Source: a virus
Taxonomy: Duplodnaviria > Caudoviricetes
DNA: 57,528 bases
Reading direction: 5' to 3' (one strand)
IMG/VR virus record: IMGVR_UViG_3300027734_000004
Coordinates: 1-57,528 of that record
The translations under genes were made by a program, and so were the position numbers. Below, one piece after another: positions 26,863 to 37,624 of the stretch. Under the pieces are notes generated by a model that saw nothing but the letters and a program-made list of their open reading frames with translations, was not told the origin of the DNA and ran no database searches. Positions within the stretch are counted from its first letter, which is position 1, and each line of letters opens with the position of its first letter.

Positions 26863-28419
26863 ATGACAGTACCGTATATCTTCACGTCTGGAACGCCCAT
26901 CAGCGCATCGCAGGTCAACGTTAATTTTGCTGCGGTCGTTGAATACGATCCGCCATTTACTGGTGCAGTAACCAGCGGGTACACGATAGCCGATAGATTG
27001 TCTCAGACCGTTTCCGTTAAGGATTTTGGCGCTGTTGGCAATGGCGTGGCTGACGATACAGCAGCAATTCAGGCGGCAATTTCTTACGCCGCTTCTGCCG
27101 CACAATCTATCCAGTATACGTCGATTTCGGCGCAATCATCAATAACTGTATGTTTCCCTGCCGGTCTATATTTAGTTACATCAACCATTACGGTTCCTAA
27201 CGCACAAGTTAATTTTCTTCTTTCAGGAATGGGTGGGCGCGCAACTTTTGTAGGTGCAAATCCTGCTACCATTAAGTGCTTTGTCATGCAGCAAGTACGT
27301 AACATAATTTTTAGTAACTTAAATTGGATTGGTTTTACCACTGCAACTGAGTGGGACACAAACAACATAGACACCAATCTTATTAGATATATTGATTGCG
27401 ATTTTATTAACTGCGGGATTGGCGTTGACACTGTATCATTCGCTACAAGCCGATCTACGGTTCTGGTTTTTGATAGATGTCGCGCAGGTGGAACCAACCT
27501 ATTTGTTAAGTCATTTTGTGATATGACTATAATCAACAATAGTCATTTTAGGAACGCTGACGCAGACGGCGCGTTTATTTTTGCTGATAGCCAGTTAATT
27601 ATAAACAATACGCTATTCACACCGTATTTTGCAGGAGCAAATTGCAGGTGGATTGACATTACAAATGAGTTTTCAGCAGCGTATGGTAGGTCATCGGTTT
27701 CATTAAATAGCTGCCGATTTGGGCCTGAAAGTGGCGGTGGTATTCCGATTATATATTCATCCTTAGACGGAAATACCGCGCAAGGACAACGCACTACAGT
27801 TACTCATATTAGTATTCGTGACTGCTATATGGGCTGCGCCAATACTTTAACACCGCGAGCATTGATAGTTTTGCGTACTAACTCGGCAGGGACAGCTACT
27901 TTAGCCCCTAACCTAATATTAATTTCAGGTGGTAGTTCGAATGCATACAACGGATTAGTTGTAACCGAAAGCGATTCTTTACCCACTGGATATAATGTTG
28001 GGCAGTTCGTAATTGACATTGATGCAACGGCGCAAGGCGGATACGGATCAAGCACTACTGCCCCAACAAGACCTCTTGTCGAAGCACAATTGGAAATGTT
28101 CGTTGCAAACTGGATTTATGACATTAAGACTATAACTTCCGCTGGGGGCGCTATTACTTATGACACTGGCAGTCGTACATTCCTCAGGTTTGCTACAGAC
28201 TACGATACTAGGTTAATCAATCTAACGCAAGTTCGTGATGGCCACAAAGTTACTATGCTTTTCACAAATTCCAAATGGACTATATATGATGCAAGCCAAT
28301 CAGGAAATTTCAAGTTGGCTGGAGGCGCTAATTTTTATTCCTCAGCTAACGACACTTTATCGGTCGTTTATAACGGAACGACAGGCCTGTGGTATGAAAC
28401 AAGCCGTTCGCTAAATTAG
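26863..28419 (+). CDS. Tailspike with pectate-lyase-like right-handed beta-helix (depolymerase)
   Basis: VSVKDFGAVGNGVADDTAAIQAAI...FPAGLYLVTSTI. Confidence 0.8.
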   Translation: MTVPYIFTSGTPISASQVNVNFAAVVEYDPPFTGAVTSGYTIADRLSQTVSVKDFGAVGNGVADDTAAIQAAISYAASAAQSIQYTSISAQSSITVCFPAGLYLVTSTITVPNAQVNFLLSGMGGRATFVGANPATIKCFVMQQVRNIIFSNLNWIGFTTATEWDTNNIDTNLIRYIDCDFINCGIGVDTVSFATSRSTVLVFDRCRAGGTNLFVKSFCDMTIINNSHFRNADADGAFIFADSQLIINNTLFTPYFAGANCRWIDITNEFSAAYGRSSVSLNSCRFGPESGGGIPIIYSSLDGNTAQGQRTTVTHISIRDCYMGCANTLTPRALIVLRTNSAGTATLAPNLILISGGSSNAYNGLVVTESDSLPTGYNVGQFVIDIDATAQGGYGSSTTAPTRPLVEAQLEMFVANWIYDIKTITSAGGAITYDTGSRTFLRFATDYDTRLINLTQVRDGHKVTMLFTNSKWTIYDASQSGNFKLAGGANFYSSANDTLSVVYNGTTGLWYETSRSLN

Positions 28420-28476
28420 TATATTGTATTAGTAACATAGAACCCTGTTACCTCATCAGGGATTTGGAGTTAGACG

Positions 28477-30234
28477 ATGGCAGTACCATATACCTTCACT
28501 TCTAGCACGCTCATCAGAGCATCGCAGGTCAACGATAATTTTTCCACGTTGTCCGACGAGGTTAATATCGCCCTTGGGGATCGTGGCCCTGTCCTGATTG
28601 CCATTACAGGTCAATCGAACGCCGTGGGCGTCTACAGCGGCGGTAACAACCCTTTGAACCCGTTGGTCAAGACGTGGAACCCCCTTACGTCTGCATGGGT
28701 GTCTGGTGGCCAGTATACGGCAGCGCCTTGGACTTCTTCATCCCCAACCGGCAACAGCAGCAACAATAATTTCTCGCTGTCCGCCGCGCACTACATTGCT
28801 GAAAAAACAGGACGCAAAGTCTACATTGTCTATGACGCCGTTGGTGGTCAGAGCATCACCCAATGGGTTCCAGCCACCCAACCACGCTACGTCGGAATCA
28901 AGACTAAGGTTCAGGCCGCAATCGCATCCCCAGAGCTTGTTGCTGCTGGCAAAACAACCATTGACTTCTTGATATGGGCGCAGGGTGAAGAGAACGGTGC
29001 TGGCGAAAACGGAATGACGTTTGCGACTTACACGACATACATAACCAACCTTGACAAGCAGTTCCGTGGTGATCCGGCTGACCCTGTCACCTACCCCGGC
29101 GAAAGCTGGGTTGAGGACTTCACCCCGTTCTTCATCATGGGGATGTCCCCGCTCCACGACCGTTATATGATTAGCCCTGCGTTGCAGTCGTTTTCCAATT
29201 TGTCAAATGGCCGTTGGCGCTATCTTTCGACCCGCAGCTTGCGGACGGAGTATCAGGAACTTGGCACTGGCGATTACACGCACTGGCTTGGCCCATCGCT
29301 CTGGGACGGTGGCTACAACATCATTGGCCCTGCGTTTGTTAATAACGAGCGCGTTGCCCAACAGGCAGATGGAACACTGTTCTGGGATCGGGGTAGTGGT
29401 ACGGCTAATGCGGCTGATACTATTGTCATTTCGACGTTTGATACGCTGGTTAGCTGGGATAGCCGCACCAGCGGTGTGCTGTTGCAAGAGACTTTTTCTG
29501 GCACTGGAGCGGCGGTTTCTTTTGTGCTGGATTATCGCGGCACCACCATTTCTGAAGTGACTGTTGGCGGCGTAGTCAAGACCAGCCCGACCGATTATTC
29601 AGTTAGCACGGCCAGCGATGGTCGCAAAACGATTACATTTGTAGTGGCCCCTGCTTCCGGCACGGACAATGTTGTAGTCAAGTATGGCGCAGCAATCAAT
29701 GCGGTAGGTGCAGCCAATAGTTTCGCTTGGGGCTATGCCTGCTATCCTGATGGCAACTACACGTTTACGGGTGGCTATGTTGTTGCCACTTCTAACCTAT
29801 GTAACTACTCTTTTGCCTATGGCCGCGAACTCTATCTTGGCGATGCGGGCGACTTTGGCGCATTGTTTGGCTTCCAGAACAACCTTGCAGCGCCTTACAG
29901 TTTTGCGGCTGGGCGTGGCCACACGGTGTCTGATGATTACAGCGCTGCGGTCGGCAAGTTTTCTACATATACTACAACACAAGCTGATCCTGTTGCGTTT
30001 CAGATTGGTGTTGGAACGACCACAAGTAACCGCGCCAATGCTTTTGCTGTTCGTGCTTCTGGTGTCACAGAACATAAGACGTTGACGGTTGCTACGCTTC
30101 CCGCTGCGGGAACAATTGGTCGCAGGGCTTTTGTTACCGACGCTACAGCCACAACATTTGCTTCGACCGTTGCAGGCGGTGGGTCTAACAAAGTTCCGGT
30201 CTATGACAACGGTACTAATTGGGTTATAGGTTAA
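28477..30234 (+). CDS. Tailspike with SGNH/SASA-type carbohydrate esterase domain
   Basis: ITGQSNA (catalytic Ser), AVGGQSI, IWAQGE, DYTH; C-terminal repeats resembling trimeric adhesin heads. Confidence 0.75.
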   Translation: MAVPYTFTSSTLIRASQVNDNFSTLSDEVNIALGDRGPVLIAITGQSNAVGVYSGGNNPLNPLVKTWNPLTSAWVSGGQYTAAPWTSSSPTGNSSNNNFSLSAAHYIAEKTGRKVYIVYDAVGGQSITQWVPATQPRYVGIKTKVQAAIASPELVAAGKTTIDFLIWAQGEENGAGENGMTFATYTTYITNLDKQFRGDPADPVTYPGESWVEDFTPFFIMGMSPLHDRYMISPALQSFSNLSNGRWRYLSTRSLRTEYQELGTGDYTHWLGPSLWDGGYNIIGPAFVNNERVAQQADGTLFWDRGSGTANAADTIVISTFDTLVSWDSRTSGVLLQETFSGTGAAVSFVLDYRGTTISEVTVGGVVKTSPTDYSVSTASDGRKTITFVVAPASGTDNVVVKYGAAINAVGAANSFAWGYACYPDGNYTFTGGYVVATSNLCNYSFAYGRELYLGDAGDFGALFGFQNNLAAPYSFAAGRGHTVSDDYSAAVGKFSTYTTTQADPVAFQIGVGTTTSNRANAFAVRASGVTEHKTLTVATLPAAGTIGRRAFVTDATATTFASTVAGGGSNKVPVYDNGTNWVIG

Positions 30235-30259
30235 GCGCATGTATAAACAGGATTAGATC

Positions 30260-31828
30260 ATGGCCAATACAACAATTCCTCAACTTCCACTTGCAATCTC
30301 CCTAAGTGGTACAGAGCAATTAGAAATCGTTCAGGATGGCGTTTCCCGCCGCACAACAACCGGGACTGTCGCTGGCATCATAGCTGGCCCAACGGGACCA
30401 GCAGGGAATGCAGGCCCAACTGGCCCAACTGGTATAGTTGGCCCAACTGGACCAACAGGCCCTACAGGCGCTACAGGCGCTGCATCTTCTGTTGCTGGCC
30501 CAACAGGCCCTACTGGACCAACCGGCCCTACGGGCGCTGCATCTTCTGTTGCTGGCCCAACAGGCCCTACTGGCCCAACAGGTGCAACAGGGCCTACAGG
30601 CGCTGCATCGACGGTGGCAGGGCCTACAGGCCCAACAGGTGCAACAGGGCCTACAGGCGCTGCATCGACGGTGGCAGGGCCTACAGGGCCAACGGGCCCT
30701 ACAGGCACTACAGGCGCTGCATCGACGGTGGCAGGGCCTACAGGGCCTACAGGGCCAACGGGCCCTACAGGGCCTACAGGGCCAACGGGCCCTACAGGCA
30801 CTACAGGCGCTGCATCGACGGTGGCAGGGCCTACAGGGCCAACGGGCCCTACAGGCGCTGCATCGACGGTGGCAGGGCCTACGGGCCCAACAGGCACAGC
30901 AGGCACAGCAGGCCCAACTGGCCCTACAGGCGCGACTGGATCTGGTAGCATGGTCTATCCCGGCGCTGGCATAGCAAACTCCACTGGCACAGCTTGGGGT
31001 ACTAGTTATACGACAACAGGCACTGGCACAGTCGTGGCACTGGCAACATCGCCTGTATTTACAACGCCAGACCTCGGTACTCCATCTGCTGTAACTCTGA
31101 CTAGCGGAACTGGACTGCCGTTGACTACGGGTGTTACTGGCATTTTGCCATATGCCAACGGCGGCACAGGCGTTGCCGGTATTGCTAACGAAAACCGAAT
31201 AGTTAAGTCAAATAGTGGTAATACGGCATTAGCTTCATCGTCTATTACCGACGATGGTACCGTAGTTAGTATCGCTTACGGATTAACCGCATTGGGGATT
31301 GTAACTTGTAGTAGTGTTAACGCTACTACTGTTGGTGCCTCAAGTGCTTTTGCTGGCCCTGTAACTATAACAGGCGCAACCAGCGGCATAGTTTTCACTG
31401 TAACTGGTACCAGTTTGACAATAAATCCAAGTACCAGTGGCACTATAGCGATAGGGCTCACGTCTGGCACTGGCCTTATCACTGTGGGCCGATCTACCGC
31501 CTCGCAAACTGTAGGTATTGCTACTGGGGTGACCGCAAGCGGTAGCACTAAAACAGTCAACCTTGGTACAAGCGGCGCTGCTGGCAGCACAACCAACATA
31601 ACAGTTGGTTCAACAACTGGCACAAGCACCACAACGATGAACGGTAATACTGCCACTCCTGCTGGCGCAACGGCTATGACCAGTGGCTTCTTCTACATCC
31701 CCGCCGCTGCGGGCGCACCTAGCGGCGTACCTACAGCTATCACTGGAACTGTGCCGATGTACTATGATACAACAAACAACAGGTTTTATATATACAATGG
31801 CGCATGGAAACTCGTAGCATTAGTTTAA
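30260..31828 (+). CDS. Collagen-like tail fibre/whisker
   Basis: Long (GPT)n tract broken by GAAS(S/T)VA; Thr-rich C-terminus. Confidence 0.85.
   Translation: MANTTIPQLPLAISLSGTEQLEIVQDGVSRRTTTGTVAGIIAGPTGPAGNAGPTGPTGIVGPTGPTGPTGATGAASSVAGPTGPTGPTGPTGAASSVAGPTGPTGPTGATGPTGAASTVAGPTGPTGATGPTGAASTVAGPTGPTGPTGTTGAASTVAGPTGPTGPTGPTGPTGPTGPTGTTGAASTVAGPTGPTGPTGAASTVAGPTGPTGTAGTAGPTGPTGATGSGSMVYPGAGIANSTGTAWGTSYTTTGTGTVVALATSPVFTTPDLGTPSAVTLTSGTGLPLTTGVTGILPYANGGTGVAGIANENRIVKSNSGNTALASSSITDDGTVVSIAYGLTALGIVTCSSVNATTVGASSAFAGPVTITGATSGIVFTVTGTSLTINPSTSGTIAIGLTSGTGLITVGRSTASQTVGIATGVTASGSTKTVNLGTSGAAGSTTNITVGSTTGTSTTTMNGNTATPAGATAMTSGFFYIPAAAGAPSGVPTAITGTVPMYYDTTNNRFYIYNGAWKLVALV
30385..30942 (+). 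repeat. Collagen-coding tandem repeats (GPT triplets; GAASTVA units)
   Basis: Recurrent ggcgctgcatcgacggtggcagggcctaca units. Confidence 0.9.
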
Positions 31829-31838
31829 AGGAAAAATC

Positions 31839-32123
31839 ATGGCACTTTTACTGAGCATTGAAACTGAATTTGGCGTTCCAGCTACCTACTGGCGCGTGAG
31901 TGGGTACATGGAAAATTTCAAGCCTACCGGTACCACTAAGGCCAATGGTACGGTTATTATGGACGGTTTTGCAAATCAAGCTGCGGCTAGTGCGGCTGCG
32001 GCACCAATGGCGACCAAGGCATTTGAGATTTTGGGTGAAGATTATACCCCAGAAATGGATCGTGTAGCCATATACAACATAGCCAAGAAGCGTGAAGAGT
32101 TTGCAGGTGCAAAAGACGCTTAG
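31839..32123 (+). CDS. Small protein after the fibre (possible fibre chaperone)
   Basis: AAGGA RBS; position. Confidence 0.55.
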   Translation: MALLLSIETEFGVPATYWRVSGYMENFKPTGTTKANGTVIMDGFANQAAASAAAAPMATKAFEILGEDYTPEMDRVAIYNIAKKREEFAGAKDA

Positions 32124-32175
32124 TTTAGCAATAGGCTTGGCTTTAGATATTTAACAATAATATAAGATTATATTT

Positions 32176-33231
32176 ATGAAAATATGTGTTTATGCTATTT
32201 CAAAAAATGAAGAGATGTTTGTCGAGCGTTTTTGCAATTCCGCCAAAGATGCTGATCTAATCCTGATTGCGGACACTGGATCGACCGACAACACAGTCAA
32301 GCTTGCAAAAAAGCATGGCGCAAAAGTGTTGCCAATTTGCATCACACCTTGGCGTTTTGATGATGCGCGCAACGCTGCGTTGGCCCTAATTCCTAAAGAC
32401 ATTGACATCTGCGTCAGTCTGGATCTTGACGAAGAACTTCAGCCGGGATGGCGTGAAGAAATTGAGTGCGTATGGGAAGAAGACACAACCCGTCTGCGTT
32501 ATAAGTTTGATTGGGGCGCTGGGATTGCCTTCTTTTATGAAAAGATCCACGCACGTCATGGCTATCGCTGGGTTCATCCCTGCCACGAATACCCCATGCC
32601 ATATTTGATTGATGAGAAATACGCCCAGACTGAAATGCTTTTGGTGATCCACAAGCCGGATAACATGAAGAGCCGTGGCCAGTATCTACCGCTATTGGAG
32701 ATGTCCGTTAAGGAAGACCCGATTGATCCGCGAAATGCGTTTTATTACGCCCGCGAACTGTCATTTCACGGGGATTGGGCCAAGGCCATTGATGAGTGCA
32801 ATCGGTATTTGGCTTTGCCCGGTGCTAACTGGCCTAATGAGCGTTGCTACGCATATAGGGTAATATCACGCTGCCATTCGGAACTTGGCGATTGGGACAG
32901 TGCTATACGCGCTGCGCGTATGGGTGTTGTGGAAGCACCTAATACCCGCGAACCTTGGGTTGAGATAGCTAAGCTGGCATATGAAAAGCATATGTGGGCT
33001 GAATGCTACGGCGCTGCTCTGTCTGCATTGGCCATAAAAGACCGTGAATTGGTCTATACAGTCGATCCTGAGGTGTGGGGATCAAAGCCACATGACTATG
33101 CAAGCATTGCCGCTTGGAACCTTGGCATGAAGGAATCAGCCATTGAGCAGTGCGAATTGGCAATCCAGCATGCCCCAGATGACGAGCGGTTGCTTAAAAA
33201 CCTAAAGATGATGACAGAAAAAGCCGATTGA
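32176..33231 (+). CDS. Glycosyltransferase family 2 with C-terminal TPR repeats
   Basis: VYAISKNEE, ADTGSTD, FDDARN, SLDLDE (DxD); helical TPR-like C-terminus. Confidence 0.88.
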   Translation: MKICVYAISKNEEMFVERFCNSAKDADLILIADTGSTDNTVKLAKKHGAKVLPICITPWRFDDARNAALALIPKDIDICVSLDLDEELQPGWREEIECVWEEDTTRLRYKFDWGAGIAFFYEKIHARHGYRWVHPCHEYPMPYLIDEKYAQTEMLLVIHKPDNMKSRGQYLPLLEMSVKEDPIDPRNAFYYARELSFHGDWAKAIDECNRYLALPGANWPNERCYAYRVISRCHSELGDWDSAIRAARMGVVEAPNTREPWVEIAKLAYEKHMWAECYGAALSALAIKDRELVYTVDPEVWGSKPHDYASIAAWNLGMKESAIEQCELAIQHAPDDERLLKNLKMMTEKAD

Positions 33232-33301
33232 TTATCAGCACTAGAACATTGTCTTAATATTTGGTAGAACGCAGCGAACACTTTTATTGCAGCGGGACGC
33301 C

Positions 33302-34084
33302 ATGCCAGCAACACCTCAGACAACACCACTTACCTATAACGGCTATGTGACGCAAGTCGCCACCATGGCCGTTGTTAATGTGCAGACCACCTCAGGTGTT
33401 GTTGAAGGGGTAGATGCAGCATTCAACGCTATTATCCCTCAGATGCTGAACTATGCGGAATTAAGGATTCAGCGCGATCTTGACCTACTTCCATCTCAGA
33501 CATCGCGTCCATACACGCTGACCACTGGCAACAACCAATTGCAGCTTGGGGCATATGATTTTGTCACAGTACAAACAATTACCATAAACGTGAACAATGC
33601 CACATACCCACTGCTTCCGGTAACAAAAGAATATTTGCAAAATGTGTACGGCTCTTCCGCCTCTGCAAACGCAGCGCAGCCAAAGCTGTTTGCTATGCTT
33701 GGCGGTGACCTTTCAACCGGCGGCGAAACTACCAACAATATTCTTGTCGGCCCTTATCCTGACACTACATATAGCGTCAATGTAATTGGTACGGTGCGCC
33801 TGCCAACGCTGTACGAAAATGCGACAACGCCCTTGGCCAGCACCGGCACAACTTTTATCAGCACCTACTTTCCGGATCTTCTGGTCCAAGCGTCACTGAT
33901 CTACATATCCCAGTTCCAACGCAACTTTGGTGCAGCATCTAATGACCCATCAATGGGGCCAACATATGAATTGCAGTATCAGAACCTACTGAAGGGGGCT
34001 TCAGTTGAAGAGGGGCGCAAGAAGTTCAGCGCATCCGCTTGGTCATCTATGCAGCCTCCCGTTGCGGCAACTCCAACAAGGTAG
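33302..34084 (+). CDS. Tail adaptor/tubular-like structural protein
   Basis: AELRIQRDL, ILVGPYPD, FPDLL...SL; position before the nozzle gene. Confidence 0.65.
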   Translation: MPATPQTTPLTYNGYVTQVATMAVVNVQTTSGVVEGVDAAFNAIIPQMLNYAELRIQRDLDLLPSQTSRPYTLTTGNNQLQLGAYDFVTVQTITINVNNATYPLLPVTKEYLQNVYGSSASANAAQPKLFAMLGGDLSTGGETTNNILVGPYPDTTYSVNVIGTVRLPTLYENATTPLASTGTTFISTYFPDLLVQASLIYISQFQRNFGAASNDPSMGPTYELQYQNLLKGASVEEGRKKFSASAWSSMQPPVAATPTR

Positions 34085-34090
34085 CGCTTC

Positions 34091-36187
34091 ATGCCTCATG
34101 CCAGTTTGAAGCTACGCCCCGGCGTTGATCAGAATGAAACACTAGCCTTGAATGAGGCTGGTATTTCATCAAGTGAACTTGTTCGCTTTATTCCTGATCA
34201 GCAGCAGGGCGCTTTGGTCCAAAAGCTTGGCGGCTGGGATAGGTATTACCCTAATACCATGCCAGCCATTACCCGCGCTCTATGGGCTTGGCAGGACACA
34301 CTAGCAGTAAAGCATCTTGCTTTTGGAACTGAAGAAATTGGCGTTACAGGCTCTGCCCAGCTTGGCGTTATCACAAATGGTACCCTTTCAAACATTACGC
34401 CGCGCTCAACCGCTGACGATGTGGCAGCGGCAGCTTCGGCCACGGCTGGAAGTAGCTACGTTATTATTACGGATGCAACCACCACAGGCATAACCCAGTA
34501 CAATACAGTCTACATCGCAACGCAAATATCTGTTGGTGGCCTTGTTTTGTTTGGGTTGTACCAGTGTGACCCTGATGGATACCTTGGGGGAACGTCATAT
34601 ACTGTGCAGGCGCTGGACAGCCTTGGGTCGCCGCTTCCTGCCACCTCGACATCTACCACGACAACACTGCCGCTATTCTCTGTTGTATCAGCAAGTCCCG
34701 CTGTAACTGTAACACTGGCTAATCACGGCTACAGTGTGGGATCTACCTTTCCTGTCCTTATGTCCACGACAGTTGGCGGAACGACTTTCTATGGCGACTT
34801 TGTTGTCCAATCTGTCATCAGCAGCAGCCAGTTTACAATTAATGCGCTGACGCTCCCAGCATCCACCACCACCGGCTATTTAAATGGCAACCAAGCCCAT
34901 TTTATTTATACCTTTGGTGTCGGCGCTATTTCTTCCGGCACTGGGTACGGTGTCGGAGCATATGGGCGCGGTGGCTACGGTACAGGTACTGCCGTTGCCC
35001 CAAGCACTGGTACCGCAATTAATGCAGACGATTGGACGCTTGATAACTGGGGCGAAATTCTTCTTTCCTGCCCAACTTACGAACAGTCTCCGCAATTCCA
35101 GCCTATTTACGAATGGGACCCAACTAACTCCGCCCCTCAGGCGACTGTTATTCCGCAAGCACCACCCGTCAATAGTGGTATATTTGTGGCCATGCCCCAG
35201 CGCCAAATTATTGCTTACGGCTCTACCTTTACCGGTATTCAAGACCCTTTGCTTGTTCGTTGGTGCGATGTCAGCAACTATAATGATTGGATTGGCACGG
35301 TCATTAATCAGGCAGGCTCCTATCGTATCCCTAAGGGTTCTAGAATTGTTGGCGCTATTCAAGCGGCGCAGCAGGCGTTGCTCTGGACGGACATTGGCGT
35401 GTGGTCAATGCAGTATATCGGTCAGCCTTATGTCTACTCTTTCAACGAAGTGGGTTCCGGATGCGGTTTAATCGCCAAGAAGGCCGCTGCGTCTATCAAT
35501 GGGTCCGTTTACTGGATGGGGCCATCGCAATTCTTTTCAATGACCGCAGAGGGTGTGCAGCCTGTTTTCTGTCCTATTTGGGACGTTATCTTCCAAGACC
35601 TCGACCAAACAAACTTAGATAAAATCCGGGTTGCAGTAAACTCGCGGTTTGGTGAAATTACTTGGTATTATCCGACCATGAGCAATGGCGGCGAGGTTAA
35701 CGCATACGCCAAGTACAATGTGGCTTTAAAGGCTTGGGATTTTGGAACGCTTGGCAGAACAGCTTGGGTTGATCAATCGGTTATTGGACCTCCTGTTGGC
35801 GCAGATCCGACCAGCCGGTATATTTACCAGCATGAGACATCACAAAACGCTGACGGCCAGCCCATGCTTTCTAGCTTCCAAACGGGCTATTTTGCCATGT
35901 CTGAGGCAGACGTGAAGACCTTTGTCGATCAGGTTTGGCCAGATATGAAGTGGGGGTATTATGGCGGCGCTCAGAACGCCACGGTTAACCTTACATTTTA
36001 TGTTGCCGATTATGCAGGCCAGACACCAATTACATACGGCCCCTATCTCTTGAACCAAAGCACAACCTTCATTTCCCCGCGCTTCCGGGGGCGTTTGGTT
36101 TCAATTGGCGTTGGCAGTAGCGACATTGATTCCTTTTGGCGGATTGGGAATATCCGCTATCGCATCCAACCGGACGGGAAGTTTTAA
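34091..36187 (+). CDS. Tail nozzle / packaged-DNA stabilisation protein (P22 gp10-like beta-propeller)
   Basis: LVRWCD, NQAGSYRI, LLWTD, GCGLI, VYWMG, EITWYYP, RFRGR; size and position. Confidence 0.7.
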   Translation: MPHASLKLRPGVDQNETLALNEAGISSSELVRFIPDQQQGALVQKLGGWDRYYPNTMPAITRALWAWQDTLAVKHLAFGTEEIGVTGSAQLGVITNGTLSNITPRSTADDVAAAASATAGSSYVIITDATTTGITQYNTVYIATQISVGGLVLFGLYQCDPDGYLGGTSYTVQALDSLGSPLPATSTSTTTTLPLFSVVSASPAVTVTLANHGYSVGSTFPVLMSTTVGGTTFYGDFVVQSVISSSQFTINALTLPASTTTGYLNGNQAHFIYTFGVGAISSGTGYGVGAYGRGGYGTGTAVAPSTGTAINADDWTLDNWGEILLSCPTYEQSPQFQPIYEWDPTNSAPQATVIPQAPPVNSGIFVAMPQRQIIAYGSTFTGIQDPLLVRWCDVSNYNDWIGTVINQAGSYRIPKGSRIVGAIQAAQQALLWTDIGVWSMQYIGQPYVYSFNEVGSGCGLIAKKAAASINGSVYWMGPSQFFSMTAEGVQPVFCPIWDVIFQDLDQTNLDKIRVAVNSRFGEITWYYPTMSNGGEVNAYAKYNVALKAWDFGTLGRTAWVDQSVIGPPVGADPTSRYIYQHETSQNADGQPMLSSFQTGYFAMSEADVKTFVDQVWPDMKWGYYGGAQNATVNLTFYVADYAGQTPITYGPYLLNQSTTFISPRFRGRLVSIGVGSSDIDSFWRIGNIRYRIQPDGKF

Positions 36188-36190
36188 ACC

Positions 36191-36532
36191 ATGGCATCAT
36201 TAAGCGATCTTCTTACTACCGCAAAAAACATTGCATCAGCTATCAACGGTGTGGCGCAAACTTATGTGGCCGTGCAGGGCGCAAGGGTCGTTCAAAACAT
36301 TACTGCTACGGCTGTTGTAAACAATGCTGCTGGGCGGCTGGCGGTGGTCACCGTCACGACCGCAGGCTCAACTGTCGGTACCATTTATGACGCAAACACA
36401 AGCAGTATAACAACACGTCCCATTTACACTATACCAAACACGGTTGGTGTTGTATTCGTTAACCTTCCAGTGGTTTACGGGATTGTTGTAATTCCGGGCA
36501 CAGGTCAAGCTGTCACAGTCAGCTATTCGTGA
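36191..36532 (+). CDS. Hypothetical structural protein
   Basis: 113 aa, operon context. Confidence 0.65.
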   Translation: MASLSDLLTTAKNIASAINGVAQTYVAVQGARVVQNITATAVVNNAAGRLAVVTVTTAGSTVGTIYDANTSSITTRPIYTIPNTVGVVFVNLPVVYGIVVIPGTGQAVTVSYS

Positions 36533-36539
36533 GGTTATT

Positions 36540-37115
36540 ATGCCATTAAAGCACGGTAAATCGCAAAAAGTCATTAGTGGCAATATTGCTGAGATGATTA
36601 AGTCTGGGCACCCTCGCGATCAGAGCATTGCGGCAGCGCTTTCAACTGCGCGCACAACCCGCGCCACAGGCGGTCAAGTCAACACAAAGGTTCACAGCGG
36701 GCCTATTCACAGCGCCGTAGCAGGCCGCACAGACCACCTTCCAATGCATGTGGCATCCGGATCTTATGTCATCCCCGCTGACATCATCAGCGCAATGGGT
36801 GAGGGCAATACCATGGCTGGCTTTAAGCATATGCGCACCATCTTTGGCGGCATCCCCTACGGCAATGTGCAAGAGCCCTATGGCGTCGAAGGCGGACCTT
36901 ATGGTGAGCCACTGCCCGGTAAAGCTGAGGGTGGCGCTGCGACTGTTCCTATTGTAGCGGCTGGCGGGGAATATGTCGTAACGCCAGAGCAGGTAATTGA
37001 GGCTGGCGGCGGCGATCTTGACACAGGTCACAGGGTGTTGGATGAATTTGTTAAGCGTATGCGCGCTGAAACTGTTAATACATTAAAGAACCTACCCGGA
37101 CCTAAGAAAGATTAA
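36540..37115 (+). CDS. Conserved internal-virion-associated protein with a duplicated (G)xYV[IV] motif
   Basis: GRTDHLPMHVASGSYVIPAD and TVPIVAAGGEYVVTPE, each following an xxxGG motif. Confidence 0.7.
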   Translation: MPLKHGKSQKVISGNIAEMIKSGHPRDQSIAAALSTARTTRATGGQVNTKVHSGPIHSAVAGRTDHLPMHVASGSYVIPADIISAMGEGNTMAGFKHMRTIFGGIPYGNVQEPYGVEGGPYGEPLPGKAEGGAATVPIVAAGGEYVVTPEQVIEAGGGDLDTGHRVLDEFVKRMRAETVNTLKNLPGPKKD

Positions 37116-37117
37116 TT

Positions 37118-37624
37118 ATGAAAGATAAAACAAACCCAAAAGACCTATATATTCGTGTCGGTACGCCTGAAGATATTGATGAAATTATGGTTGTTGCCAT
37201 GCAGGCGACTGAGGAAAATGGGTTTCTTGAAGCCAGCCCTGAAAAATTGGCCCAAGAAATATATCCTGCCCTTTGCCAAGACCACGGTATTGTTGGCCTG
37301 ATTGGCCCCAAAGATGGCGCAATTGAGGGCATTGTGGTCCTGCGTATTGGCACAATGTGGTACTCAGATGCGCCGGTTGTTGAAGAAAAAGCTATATTTG
37401 TTCACCCCGAATTTCGCAGCGCCAGAGGGGCCCGTGCAAGGCGTTTGTGCGATTTTAGCAAAAAAGTATCTGATACCCTTGGAATTCCTTTAATAATTGG
37501 TGTATTGTCCAATAACAGGACGGAAGCTAAGGTACGGATGTATGAGCGCCAGTTTGGGAAGCCAAGCGGTGCTTTTTTCCTATACGGCGCGAAAACTGGA
37601 GAACCCTCCAGAACGGAGCATTAA
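37118..37624 (+). CDS. GNAT-fold acyltransferase-like protein
   Basis: IRVGTPEDIDEI...IFVHPEFRS...RRL...MYER; abuts the ejection-protein gene. Confidence 0.7.
   Translation: MKDKTNPKDLYIRVGTPEDIDEIMVVAMQATEENGFLEASPEKLAQEIYPALCQDHGIVGLIGPKDGAIEGIVVLRIGTMWYSDAPVVEEKAIFVHPEFRSARGARARRLCDFSKKVSDTLGIPLIIGVLSNNRTEAKVRMYERQFGKPSGAFFLYGAKTGEPSRTEH

Noticed and set aside
30331-30974. Antisense and alternate-frame ORFs over the collagen region
   Set aside because: They are by-products of stop-free triplet repeats.
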